Below, piece by piece: positions 40,644-50,045 of a stretch of DNA of 61,115 nucleotides. The stretch's first letter is position 1. Each line of letters starts with the position of its first letter. A program made the position numbers and the translations under genes. The stretch is from a virus. Taxonomy: Duplodnaviria; Caudoviricetes. The notes beneath the pieces were generated by a model that saw only the letters and a list, made by a program, of their open reading frames with translations, was not told where the DNA came from and ran no database searches. The stretch is from IMG/VR virus record IMGVR_UViG_3300017967_000022, positions 1 to 61,115 of that record; one strand, written 5' to 3'.

Positions 40644-41316
40644 ATGAAACCCTTCCAGGCCAGTGTTTTAAAATTAAATCTTCTAAATCAAGATTACTCA
40701 TTCTAGAATTTTCACCTTTGATTTGTTGTACGATTATCTCCATTTCATTACACCAGTCTTTAGTTGTTTGTTTTAGTGTATATCCGAGGTACGGATAAAT
40801 TGTATTTTCTACATAACGCATATGTTCTAATATACTTGGGTGCGAGTCGGTAACATAAACGTTTTTTGTTCTAGGAAATACGTTTTCAGCACCTGGCAAA
40901 TTTTCATCAACTTTATCTTTGTGTCCTTGAAATAAATCTACATGAAAAGATTTTAAGTATGCATTTGTTTGCAATATTGCTGTTTTGTTTCTAATTATAT
41001 CGTTTTCTTCACTCCAGTGGTTACTTAGATATTCGTCGCTGTAATAGTCACTGTTTAAAATATTACCTTCAGTTACCCATTTGCCTTCTTTAAGTAAATC
41101 AACTCTTTGCCAACTGCTCCATAAAATACAAACAAGATCATTTTGATTAAAATTATGTTTTTCATTTGCTTCTATAGTGCGGCAAGCAATACCTTGATTG
41201 CCCATGCCTGCTTTTGCATAATTATGATTTTCGCAGTCTAAATCTTTTGCAATTATATCACTCCATGTCGGCCAAATGTATTCGGTGTACGAACATCCAA
41301 AGGTAAACAATCTCAT
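40636..41316 (-). CDS. SGNH/GDSL-like protein
   Basis: FGCSYT, N.AKAG.GN and D.HP motifs. Confidence 0.6.
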   Translation of the reverse strand: MRLFTFGCSYTEYIWPTWSDIIAKDLDCENHNYAKAGMGNQGIACRTIEANEKHNFNQNDLVCILWSSWQRVDLLKEGKWVTEGNILNSDYYSDEYLSNHWSEENDIIRNKTAILQTNAYLKSFHVDLFQGHKDKVDENLPGAENVFPRTKNVYVTDSHPSILEHMRYVENTIYPYLGYTLKQTTKDWCNEMEIIVQQIKGENSRMSNLDLEDLILKHWPGRVSYV

Positions 41317-41897
41317 TTAAAAACCTCCATGTCTGGCAAGTAAGGATAGTCTTGACTAGTCCATAATTTACCGGTTTCTAAATCTTTAATTTTTTCTAAT
41401 CCTAGTTGTGCAGTTTCAGGAGTCATGTAATAATGATATCCAATGTATTTGATATTTTGTTCTGCCCAAGGTTTGTCATCTGTTCTTCCGTCATATGCCA
41501 TTTGTTTTAATGTTTCATAATCGCGTTCATTAGAACAAAGTATAGCACCGCCTCTACCTAAACTTAGTGCTTTCTTGTATTGGAAACTTAAACACATAAA
41601 AGAGTTATTAACATAAGAATCTTTTTCAAATAGTGTTGCGGCATCGATAATATTAGTGCCGCCTAAGTTATATGCTTTACTCCATTCAACATCTGCAAAC
41701 TCCCACGCAAGACCGAGTTTCTCAAGTGTGAACGGGATACTAATATATGTTCGACTAGGTATAGTAATTTTGTGTGTTGGATTCAAATAACGTAAGCATA
41801 ATTCAATAGCATGGGTACAACTATCAACAGCAACAGCATATGGAGCACCATAATACTCTGCTATTGCTTTTTCAAATTTTTTCACAGTTTCAAACAT
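41313..41897 (-). CDS. DegT/DnrJ/EryC1/StrS-family PLP aminotransferase, short form
   Basis: FE..IA.Y.G..YAVAV.SCT.A, DAA, SFQ.KK.L..G.GG and GY.Y.M motifs; start placed at the second ATG (41897). Confidence 0.8.
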   Translation of the reverse strand: MFETVKKFEKAIAEYYGAPYAVAVDSCTHAIELCLRYLNPTHKITIPSRTYISIPFTLEKLGLAWEFADVEWSKAYNLGGTNIIDAATLFEKDSYVNNSFMCLSFQYKKALSLGRGGAILCSNERDYETLKQMAYDGRTDDKPWAEQNIKYIGYHYYMTPETAQLGLEKIKDLETGKLWTSQDYPYLPDMEVFK

Positions 41898-41902
41898 ATA
41901 CA

Positions 41903-41910
41903 TATTTATA
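41903..41910 (-). promoter_or_regulatory. Late promoter TATAAATA, 5 nt before ATG 41897
   Basis: Exact T4 late consensus on the minus strand in a divergent gap. Confidence 0.7.
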
Positions 41911-41920
41911 TACGCAGATA

Positions 41921-41927
41921 ATAAGTA
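41921..41927 (+). promoter_or_regulatory. Late promoter variant ATAAGTA, 5 nt before GTG 41933
   Basis: ATAAGTA-TAATT-GTG. Confidence 0.5.
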
Positions 41928-41932
41928 TAATT

Positions 41933-42892
41933 GTGAGTGAGTTTGAGAAAATAATCAATTTAGTGTTATGGCATAGGTCCTGGAGTCTTGAAAGGCTTTT
42001 GAGCACAATCCAAAATAACACCGATAGTCTTATACGAGTATTAGGTGCAGAAGAATTTGCAATTATGGGTTGGGACAGTCCAGAAAATTCCAATCTGTTG
42101 CAAGAAATTAAACAAGCCATTAGTAATAGTTCAAACACTGTAGAATTTGTGTGTGGAGGGTTTCCTACCGATAAAGTTTTCCATCCAGGTAACAACGTTG
42201 TCTATTGGAAGACTTTTTGGCCTGTAAAAACTTATTATGAACTAACAAGATTTGGGCATACTGCAAACAATAAAGATTTTACACAGGCGTATGTATCATT
42301 AAACAACAAGCCGTGGCAACACAGATGTCAAATGATGGATATGCTTTCTCGAGAAAATTTGTTACCTTATGGTGCAATTAGTTGGAATGAAACAAATAAA
42401 GATTATCCTTTTAAACATTGGAAGCAGAAACGATTAATCATTGACTCAGAATATGCAAAAACAACAGAACAATATGGATCATTTCCGCAGGCCTTTTTTC
42501 AAAGTTTTATGAGTTTAGTTAATGAGTCTACTATGGACACAATATTTCCAACTGAAAAAACATACACACCAATTTATTTTAAAAAACCTTTTTTAGTTTG
42601 GAGTGTACCTGGCTTTCATAAAGCATTAACAGAACACGGTTTTGAATTATATGACGAAATTTTTGATTACAGTTTTGACAATATCTTAGATGACCAACTA
42701 AGATTACAAAAACTTGTCGAACAGGTTAAGAAAATTACAAATTTGGATTATAATGAGTTATATAAAAAGGTTGCAAAAAAAGCAGAAAGAAACTATAATA
42801 TACTAGTGTCTATTAGTCAAGACAAAAGTTTAGTACCAAACAGTGTTTTAAAGTTTGGCGGTTACGAGAATTTAATTAAGGAGATGAAATGA
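41933..42892 (+). CDS. Putative glycosyltransferase-like protein
   Basis: Start moved to GTG 41933; LVNES...FPTEKT..PI...KPF........L...GFELYDEIFDY.FD. Confidence 0.5.
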   Translation: MSEFEKIINLVLWHRSWSLERLLSTIQNNTDSLIRVLGAEEFAIMGWDSPENSNLLQEIKQAISNSSNTVEFVCGGFPTDKVFHPGNNVVYWKTFWPVKTYYELTRFGHTANNKDFTQAYVSLNNKPWQHRCQMMDMLSRENLLPYGAISWNETNKDYPFKHWKQKRLIIDSEYAKTTEQYGSFPQAFFQSFMSLVNESTMDTIFPTEKTYTPIYFKKPFLVWSVPGFHKALTEHGFELYDEIFDYSFDNILDDQLRLQKLVEQVKKITNLDYNELYKKVAKKAERNYNILVSISQDKSLVPNSVLKFGGYENLIKEMK

Positions 42893-44076
42893 GTGTAATT
42901 GGTTACATTGGCGTAGGTAAACTAGGTGTGCCTTGTGCTGAAGAAATTATTAAAAAAGGACATACAGTCAATGGATATGACGTTACTACTATTTCCTCTG
43001 ATTTAATCAATCAGAAAGATACTATCGAGGAAACGGTTAAAGGAGCAGATATTGTATTTGTTGCAGTACCAACACCACATCATCCAGACTATGACGGTAG
43101 ACGTCCTACAAGTCATTTAGAGCCTAAAGACTTTAACTACTCTATTGTGATCGATGTATTAAAAGAAGCAAACAAATATATGAACAAAAAACAGTTGCTT
43201 GTTTTAATATCAACTGTATTGCCTGGAACAACACGTAGAGAATTTGTTCCGCTTGTAACTAATACACGATTTGTTTATAATCCTTATCTAATTGCTATGG
43301 GAACTGTAGGTTGGGATATGGTAAATCCTGAAATGATTATGATTGGTACTGACGACGGTAGCGAAACAGGTGACGCAAAACAGTTGCGTGATTTTTACGA
43401 CACAGTAATGGAAAACGATCCACGTTACGTTATAGGAACATATGACGAATGCGAATGTATTAAAGTTTTTTACAATACGTTTATTAGTACAAAACTAAGT
43501 CTTGTTAATATGATGCAAGATGTAGCACAAAAACAAGGCAACATTAATGTTGATGTAGTTACTAAAGCACTTGCTGATTCAACAATGCGTATTATGAGTG
43601 ATCGTTATATGACAGCAGGCATGGGAGACGGTGGCAGTTGTCATCCAAGAGATAATATTGCATTGCGATATATGGCAAAAGAATTAGACTTGCAGTATGA
43701 TATCTTTGATAGTATTATGACAGCAAGAGAAGTACAAGCAAAAAATCTTGCAAAATTTGTTATTGAAACAAAAGAAAAATTCGGCGGCAATATTATATTA
43801 AATGGAATATCATATAAACCGGGTGTAAGTTATATCGACGGAAGTTATGCACTTCTTGTTGATCATTATATTAAAGAGTTAGGACACTCGGCAATTTATA
43901 TCGATCCATTAGCAAGTGAAATGCCAAGTAGTGCGGCATCAATAGGAGGCATTGTTTTAATGTGCCATCCTGAAATGTATTTAGACTATTCAACTGACAG
44001 TATTATTATTGATCCTTGGAGACAAGTAGAGAAGGATCCAAGGTATATGGTAATACATTACGGAAATACTAGATGA
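42889..44076 (+). CDS. UDP-glucose/GDP-mannose dehydrogenase family protein
   Basis: GxGxxG (GVGKLG), VAVPTP, STV.PGT, K...N.F and catalytic GDGGSCHPRD motifs. Confidence 0.9.
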   Translation: MSVIGYIGVGKLGVPCAEEIIKKGHTVNGYDVTTISSDLINQKDTIEETVKGADIVFVAVPTPHHPDYDGRRPTSHLEPKDFNYSIVIDVLKEANKYMNKKQLLVLISTVLPGTTRREFVPLVTNTRFVYNPYLIAMGTVGWDMVNPEMIMIGTDDGSETGDAKQLRDFYDTVMENDPRYVIGTYDECECIKVFYNTFISTKLSLVNMMQDVAQKQGNINVDVVTKALADSTMRIMSDRYMTAGMGDGGSCHPRDNIALRYMAKELDLQYDIFDSIMTAREVQAKNLAKFVIETKEKFGGNIILNGISYKPGVSYIDGSYALLVDHYIKELGHSAIYIDPLASEMPSSAASIGGIVLMCHPEMYLDYSTDSIIIDPWRQVEKDPRYMVIHYGNTR

Positions 44077-44891
44077 TTTATTCTAAAACAAAACCACTGT
44101 TGTATTTTTCAGAAGTAGCAGGAAAGTCTTTCAATTGGTATTGTGGTGATGACTTTGAAAACTTTGTCGCCAGCAATAAACCTGATTGGAGATATTTTAA
44201 AACAGCGGCAAGTTTAGAATACAAGTTTAATAGTTTAGGATATAGAACAAAAGAATTAGATAACTTAGGAGATTATATTTTAGTCTTTGGGTGTAGTTAT
44301 ACTGAAGGTGTTGGGTTGTTTGATGACGAAATTTGGTGTAATGTACTAGGTAAAGATTTAGACATAGAAGTTGTTAATTTAGCAAAGGCCGGAACAGGAC
44401 CCGATATCATTAATATCAATACACAGTTGTTTGTTAAAAATAAGTTTGTTAAACCACGAGCAGTTGTTGTACAATGGCCCCAATCATCGAGAAAAAGTTT
44501 TGGTTATATAGAACGTGAAGGTTTATTTAAAAAAGCAATTAGATTAGAAGATAGAAATATTCAATGGGATAATGTTTTAGACGAACCTGCTGATACTTAC
44601 GAAATGAGAGATTCACAATGGTATTTTAAGCGTTGGGCAGTAGAAGACGGACAAATGATGTTTGAAAATAGTTTACATATTAATAGTGTAAACAACTTAT
44701 GGAACGCACTAGGCGTTCCAGTCTTTCATTGGACCTTCCAAGGAGACTATGTTACTTCTTATGATAAGGATATGTTTGCCAAAATTAATTTAGATAATAA
44801 AGATAGAGCACGAGACAACGCACATGACGGTCCGTTAATTCATCAGGAAGTAGTAGATAAAATTAGGGATAACGTAAGATGTATGATATAG
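44073..44891 (+). CDS. SGNH/GDSL-like protein
   Basis: NSLGYR, FGCSYTEGVG, NLAKAG.G and ARD..H.G motifs. Confidence 0.6.
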   Translation: MIYSKTKPLLYFSEVAGKSFNWYCGDDFENFVASNKPDWRYFKTAASLEYKFNSLGYRTKELDNLGDYILVFGCSYTEGVGLFDDEIWCNVLGKDLDIEVVNLAKAGTGPDIININTQLFVKNKFVKPRAVVVQWPQSSRKSFGYIEREGLFKKAIRLEDRNIQWDNVLDEPADTYEMRDSQWYFKRWAVEDGQMMFENSLHINSVNNLWNALGVPVFHWTFQGDYVTSYDKDMFAKINLDNKDRARDNAHDGPLIHQEVVDKIRDNVRCMI

Positions 44892-45565
44892 TTTTTATTA
44901 GTTATGGAGAACCCCACGCTGACCAAAACTTTGAAATGTTAAAAAGTAAATTTCCTATGGTCAAGCGTGTAAAAGATGTAGACGGAATCCATCAAGCACA
45001 CGTACTTGCGGCTAAAAAATGTTTTACTAAAATGTTTTGGGTAGTTGATGGCGATGCAGTACTTCAAAACGATTTTAATTTTGATTACGAGGTTTCCGAG
45101 TGGGATTTAGAGACAGTTCATGTATGGAGAAGTCTAAATCCTGTAAACAACTTGGAATATGGATACGGTGGTGTTAAACTTCTCCCTAGATCACTCACAC
45201 TGAACATGGACACCACCGTACCCGACATGACAACTAGTATTAGTAGTAAATTTAAAGCAATGCCTGAAGTAAGCAACATGACTGTTTTTGATACTGATGA
45301 ATTTTCAACTTGGAAGAGTGCATTTAGAGAATGTGCAAAATTAGCAAGTAGAACTATTAAAGGTCAAGTAGACGAAGAAACAGAAAAACGTTTAGAAACT
45401 TGGTGTACAGTAGGAAACGGACCGTACGGCAAATATGCTATTCATGGTGCTCTAATAGGAAAGCACTGGGGCGAACAATATAAAGACAATAAAGAAATGT
45501 TATATAAGATTAATGACTTTAAATGGTTAAAGGAACAATTTGACGATTATGCAGATTCCATTTAA
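44879..45565 (+). CDS. Glycosyltransferase-like protein (SYxEP family), paralog of 35594-36484
   Basis: DIVFISYGEP.A...RV..V.G...AH...VDGD...W..AFRE..K. Confidence 0.65.
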   Translation: MYDIVFISYGEPHADQNFEMLKSKFPMVKRVKDVDGIHQAHVLAAKKCFTKMFWVVDGDAVLQNDFNFDYEVSEWDLETVHVWRSLNPVNNLEYGYGGVKLLPRSLTLNMDTTVPDMTTSISSKFKAMPEVSNMTVFDTDEFSTWKSAFRECAKLASRTIKGQVDEETEKRLETWCTVGNGPYGKYAIHGALIGKHWGEQYKDNKEMLYKINDFKWLKEQFDDYADSI

Positions 45566-46517
45566 AGACATAGTTAAGTTCGGACAAAAAACAATGTTAG
45601 ACACTAAGTTGTTTAACGTTAGTTGGATCCTTGGACGTTTTTGTAATTACAAATGTAGTTACTGTTGGCCTTATGCTAATACTGATAAGCCAGATCATCA
45701 ACCTTTTGAAATTTATACTAAGACGATTGATGAAATTAAACGCCAAGCAAGAGCAAACGGATTTACAGATTTTCATTTCAGTTTTTCAGGCGGCGAGCCA
45801 ACCGCATACAAAAATTTTGGCGAACTCGTAGAGTATTACTGTAGCGATACAGAAGCACCTTACCAAAGTTTACATATGACAACAAACTTGTCGCCTGGAT
45901 CTAAATGGTGGGGTAGGTTTATTGATGCAACAGCAAATCTATCACGCAGAAGCGTAACAGCAAGTTATCATGCCGAATTTGCAAATGAACAAGAGTTTGG
46001 TGATAAGTGCTTACAACTCATGAAAGGTGGTGTATATGTTACAATTAATCAAGTCATGGTTCCAACGCTTTTCGAAACACTATTCGAACGTTGTGAACGA
46101 TTTGCCGCCAGAGGTATTAATGTCACTCTCAAGCCTCAATCCGACCCAACTGCCTCCTACGTGGTGGAAGGATATACCAAAGAGCAAATCAAAATCATGC
46201 AAGAAGGATTCCCCCAAAAAGTCGAAGACGAAGAAGTCTACCAAATAAAACTTACGGACGGAATTCAGGATTACTATATGGACCAAGCAGAGCGTTTCAA
46301 TGCTTTTGACTTTAATCGTTTTAAAGGATGGAACTGCTCTGCAGGATATCAAAGTTGTATTATACGCGGCGAAGAAGTTAAGAGGGCATACAGTTGTGCG
46401 GAAGAGCCTTTAGGCACGCTGTACGACGGTTTTACGCTGTTTAAAGCACCATCTAAATGCATTACTGATACCTGTGTAAGCAGTGCAGACAGCAAAATAC
46501 CAAAGGTAAAGTTATGA
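45549..46517 (+). CDS. Radical SAM protein (group B)
   Basis: CNYKCSYC; SGGEPT; C-terminal N.F.GW.C.AG...C...C.C. Confidence 0.9.
   Translation: MQIPFKDIVKFGQKTMLDTKLFNVSWILGRFCNYKCSYCWPYANTDKPDHQPFEIYTKTIDEIKRQARANGFTDFHFSFSGGEPTAYKNFGELVEYYCSDTEAPYQSLHMTTNLSPGSKWWGRFIDATANLSRRSVTASYHAEFANEQEFGDKCLQLMKGGVYVTINQVMVPTLFETLFERCERFAARGINVTLKPQSDPTASYVVEGYTKEQIKIMQEGFPQKVEDEEVYQIKLTDGIQDYYMDQAERFNAFDFNRFKGWNCSAGYQSCIIRGEEVKRAYSCAEEPLGTLYDGFTLFKAPSKCITDTCVSSADSKIPKVKL
46036..46248 (+). CDS. Candidate overprinted 70-aa Lys-rich protein in the +1 frame
   Basis: AAAGGTGG RBS 5 nt before the ATG; amphipathic N-terminus and basic C-tail; host-gene codon usage appears to shift here. Confidence 0.35.
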   Translation: MLQLIKSWFQRFSKHYSNVVNDLPPEVLMSLSSLNPTQLPPTWWKDIPKSKSKSCKKDSPKKSKTKKSTK

Positions 46518-47113
46518 GAATTGAATTAGAAGATATTATGTTTTGGATGGACGCTATTAGGAATAGCGAGGACAAGTATCGAACATTAGAAAGTTTTTGG
46601 AAAGGACAACTACGTAGTAAGCGTTGGTTAGTTGAACAATTAGAAGAGTCTGCTTTGCCTACTAAAAATAAAATTGTAATACACGGTGGTTGGAACGGAG
46701 TACTTGCTAGTCTTATTTTTAACAGTAAAGTAAATGTTAGTCATATTACATCAGTTGATGTTGATCCTGAATGCCAACAAATTGCTAGTACAATAAACAA
46801 ACGTCAAGAAATGTCCGGAGCATTTACAGCCGTTACAGCAGATATGTGTGATTATAAGTACGAAGCAGACATTGTTATTAACACGAGTTGTGAACATATT
46901 ACACAGGAACAATATGAGCAGTGGTTAAACAATGTACCTGACAATGCTACTATTATATTACAAAGTAATAATTACGATGAACTTGATGAACATATTAGAT
47001 GTGCAAAAGGTATCAACCACTTTACAACACAAAGTCAAATTAAACCTTTCTTTAGAGGAACATTCCCTCAACAGAAATACGAACGTTATATGATTATAGG
47101 TAAGAAGCAGTAA
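46514..47113 (+). CDS. Class I SAM-dependent methyltransferase
   Basis: IHGGWNG (motif I), SVDVD, ADM and INTSCEH. Confidence 0.75.
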   Translation: MRIELEDIMFWMDAIRNSEDKYRTLESFWKGQLRSKRWLVEQLEESALPTKNKIVIHGGWNGVLASLIFNSKVNVSHITSVDVDPECQQIASTINKRQEMSGAFTAVTADMCDYKYEADIVINTSCEHITQEQYEQWLNNVPDNATIILQSNNYDELDEHIRCAKGINHFTTQSQIKPFFRGTFPQQKYERYMIIGKKQ

Positions 47114-48099
47114 TGTATAAACTAGACGAGATAAGAGCAATACATTTAGAAGTCACTTCAAAGTGTCAAGCCTCTTGTCCTATGTGTGCAAGAAATTTAC
47201 AAGGCGGCCCATTAAATCCTTTTCTTAAATTAAATGAAGTTGACCTAGGAACTTTTGTTAACTGGATACCGAGAAACATTGTACGACAACTAGATCGTTT
47301 GTATATGTGTGGTAACTTTGGTGATCCTATTATTGCAAAAGACACACTTGAAATATTTGAATATCTACGTGAAACAAATTCATCAATTAGCCTAAGTATG
47401 AATACAAACGGAAGTGCTAGAGATACAAAGTGGTTTGAAAAACTTGCTAAATTAAATGTGCGTGTTCGTTTTGGTATTGACGGATTAGAAGATACACACA
47501 GCAAATATCGTATTGGTACAGACTGGAATAAAATTTTAGAAAATGCAAGAGCATTTATTAATGCTGGCGGATACGCTATATGGGATATGTTGATCTTCAG
47601 TCATAATTCTCATCAAGTTGATCGTTGTAGAGATATGGCAGGTGATATGGGGTTTAAAGAATTCTATAGTAAAAACACAAGCAGATTTAGAGATGATGCG
47701 TTACCTGTACTTGACAAAAACGGAAAACAAGTTGATGTGCTATACCCGACAGAAAAAAGTACACAACAGAAAGAAAAAATTAAACAAGTAAAAGCATCTG
47801 AAGAGGTGTGTACTATTAAATGTAAAGTAAAAGAAGAACGTGCAATTTATATAGGTGCTAATGGAAATCTATTACCTTGTTGCTGGCTGGATCATGATTA
47901 TATACAACCTACATCAACAAGTAGAATTGACTTTTTAAATCATTTTGGAAATTACCCTAATTTGCATAGTAATACTATGCAAGAAATATTCGATGACGGA
48001 TTTTTTGATACAATAGAACGTGGTTGGAAAACTAATCCATTAAAAGAATGTAAAAAACAGTGCGGAACATATGACAGATTCAAAGAACAATTCAACTAA
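47113..48099 (+). CDS. Radical SAM protein with C-terminal SPASM/twitch-like domain (group C)
   Basis: CQASCPMC; GNFGDP; C-terminal C...G...PCC...C...C. Confidence 0.9.
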   Translation: MYKLDEIRAIHLEVTSKCQASCPMCARNLQGGPLNPFLKLNEVDLGTFVNWIPRNIVRQLDRLYMCGNFGDPIIAKDTLEIFEYLRETNSSISLSMNTNGSARDTKWFEKLAKLNVRVRFGIDGLEDTHSKYRIGTDWNKILENARAFINAGGYAIWDMLIFSHNSHQVDRCRDMAGDMGFKEFYSKNTSRFRDDALPVLDKNGKQVDVLYPTEKSTQQKEKIKQVKASEEVCTIKCKVKEERAIYIGANGNLLPCCWLDHDYIQPTSTSRIDFLNHFGNYPNLHSNTMQEIFDDGFFDTIERGWKTNPLKECKKQCGTYDRFKEQFN

Positions 48100-49396
48100 G
48101 ACATTTTGTCCTTTACCGTGGATACATTTAGCAACTCGTCCTAACGGCGATGTGCGTGTATGCTGTACCGCTAATGCTAGTGGCGCAGGTGTAACTGACG
48201 ACAAAGAAGTTGGACTTGTAAAACGCGACGGCGTTGCAATGAACGTTCGAGATCATACTATTGAAGAAGTGTGGAACTCAGAGCATATGCGTAACACAAG
48301 ATTACAAATGTTAAACGGTGAAGTGCCTGCAAGTTGTCGTAAATGTTTTGAAGAAGAATCAAAAGGAATTAAAAGTAAACGTAATTGGGAAACAGAAGTT
48401 TGGAAGGAACGAATTGATGTTGACAGTATAGTAGCACAAACTAACGATGACGGAAGTTTACCTGTAAACATTCCATACTTTGATTTACGATTAGGTAATA
48501 TGTGTAATTTAAAATGTGTTATGTGTAGTCCGCACGATAGTTCTAGTTGGATTAAAGATTGGAAATTACAATATCCACTGTACACAAATCCTCAATTAAA
48601 AGAAGATCAGGGTTGGAATCCTAATTTTGATTACACTTGGTACAAGAAAGGCAGTTTCCTTGACACAATGAAAAGTCAAGCACAGCATATTAAAGAATTA
48701 TATTTTGCTGGTGGTGAGCCTTTAATGATTCCAGAGCATTATGCTATTCTTACATATATGGTTGAACAAGGGTATGCGAAGAATTGTATTTTACGTTACA
48801 ACTCAAACGGCACAGAAATTAACAACGAATTATTAGAACTATGGAATAACTTTAAACACGTTAAATTTAATTTTAGTATTGATGCTATAAACGAACGTAA
48901 TGACTATATAAGATATCCTAGCAAGTTTACACAAATTGAACAAAACTTAAAAGTCTTGGACAATACCCCAGATAACGTTACTGTTAACATTGCTTGTGCA
49001 GTACAAGCATTGAACGTACACCATATTGTTGATTTAGCCGAATGGAAACTAGCACAGAATTTTAAAAAGATTAATCAAATTCCTTATGGTGCTGGAGTTA
49101 TAGGATTACATTTAGTCTACTTGCCTAGTTATATGAATGTAAGAGTACTACCCAAAGACATTAAACAAGAGGTAAGTGCAAAGATAACTAACTTTGCAAC
49201 ACATTTTTTACGTGATTTTGAATTTAATACAAATCCTTATGGTAAAGAACGTTGGTTAGGACTTGTTGATTATATGAATGCTGAAGATTGGAGTCACAAA
49301 CTTCCTGCATTGCAAGAGTATTTAAAGATTAGTGACAAAACTAGGGAACAAGATTTTGTTAGTGTGTTTCCGGAATTGGAGAGTATATATGTATAG
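48071..49396 (+). CDS. Radical SAM protein with N-terminal Cys cluster (group A)
   Basis: FCPLPW...VCC...CRKC; CNLKCVMC; AGGEP. Confidence 0.9.
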   Translation: MTDSKNNSTKTFCPLPWIHLATRPNGDVRVCCTANASGAGVTDDKEVGLVKRDGVAMNVRDHTIEEVWNSEHMRNTRLQMLNGEVPASCRKCFEEESKGIKSKRNWETEVWKERIDVDSIVAQTNDDGSLPVNIPYFDLRLGNMCNLKCVMCSPHDSSSWIKDWKLQYPLYTNPQLKEDQGWNPNFDYTWYKKGSFLDTMKSQAQHIKELYFAGGEPLMIPEHYAILTYMVEQGYAKNCILRYNSNGTEINNELLELWNNFKHVKFNFSIDAINERNDYIRYPSKFTQIEQNLKVLDNTPDNVTVNIACAVQALNVHHIVDLAEWKLAQNFKKINQIPYGAGVIGLHLVYLPSYMNVRVLPKDIKQEVSAKITNFATHFLRDFEFNTNPYGKERWLGLVDYMNAEDWSHKLPALQEYLKISDKTREQDFVSVFPELESIYV

Positions 49397-50045
49397 CCCA
49401 GAAATTGAAAGAGCATTGCGTTGGCAAAGTTTAGTAAACCTTGGAAACCAAGTAAAACTTAAATGGCATATTGATCATAATCAAGTTGAACAACAGTTAG
49501 AACAGTTTAAAGATAACTGGTGTCCTTACAATGTTAAAAAAGACAAATACAATAATCGTTGGGGTCTTCCGGTAACTAGTCATACTGGTGATGTTATGGA
49601 CAACTATCATTTAAACAGTTTTGGGTATATGCAAAAGTATCACGATGTTGAGATGAAAGAAGAAAACTTTAACACACCTACAGAAGTTTATCATAAAATT
49701 CCAGAGATTGCAAAACTAGTAGATATATTTTCTCCAGACATTGGGCGTGTACATTTACTACGTATTGACCAAGGTGGATTTTTTCCACCTCATAGGGATT
49801 TTCACGGAACTAGTCCAGAGTACTTTAGATTGCTAGTTGTGTTTGGTAGATGTAGTCCTGAAAACTATGTCCAGATGATAGACGGACAGCCTCGATACCC
49901 CGAACCTGGTTATGTGTATTTTACAAACTTTCAACTAGATCACAGTGTGTTTAGTTTTAGTGATAATTTATACAGTTTAATTTTAACAGTTAAACTAAAT
50001 GACCGTACACAGAAACTTATACTAGACAACACAATGGCAGAATGA
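49389..50045 (+). CDS. 2OG-Fe(II)/Asp-Asn beta-hydroxylase-like protein
   Basis: Start moved to ATG 49389 (GGAG upstream); PPHRD...HSV triad. Confidence 0.65.
   Translation: MYSPEIERALRWQSLVNLGNQVKLKWHIDHNQVEQQLEQFKDNWCPYNVKKDKYNNRWGLPVTSHTGDVMDNYHLNSFGYMQKYHDVEMKEENFNTPTEVYHKIPEIAKLVDIFSPDIGRVHLLRIDQGGFFPPHRDFHGTSPEYFRLLVVFGRCSPENYVQMIDGQPRYPEPGYVYFTNFQLDHSVFSFSDNLYSLILTVKLNDRTQKLILDNTMAE

Noticed and set aside
41840-41932. N-terminal extensions in the ORF track (also at 34963, 35549, 49332, 52042 and 58615)
   Set aside because: They overlap neighbouring genes or promoters; downstream starts have a better RBS, translational coupling or promoter spacing
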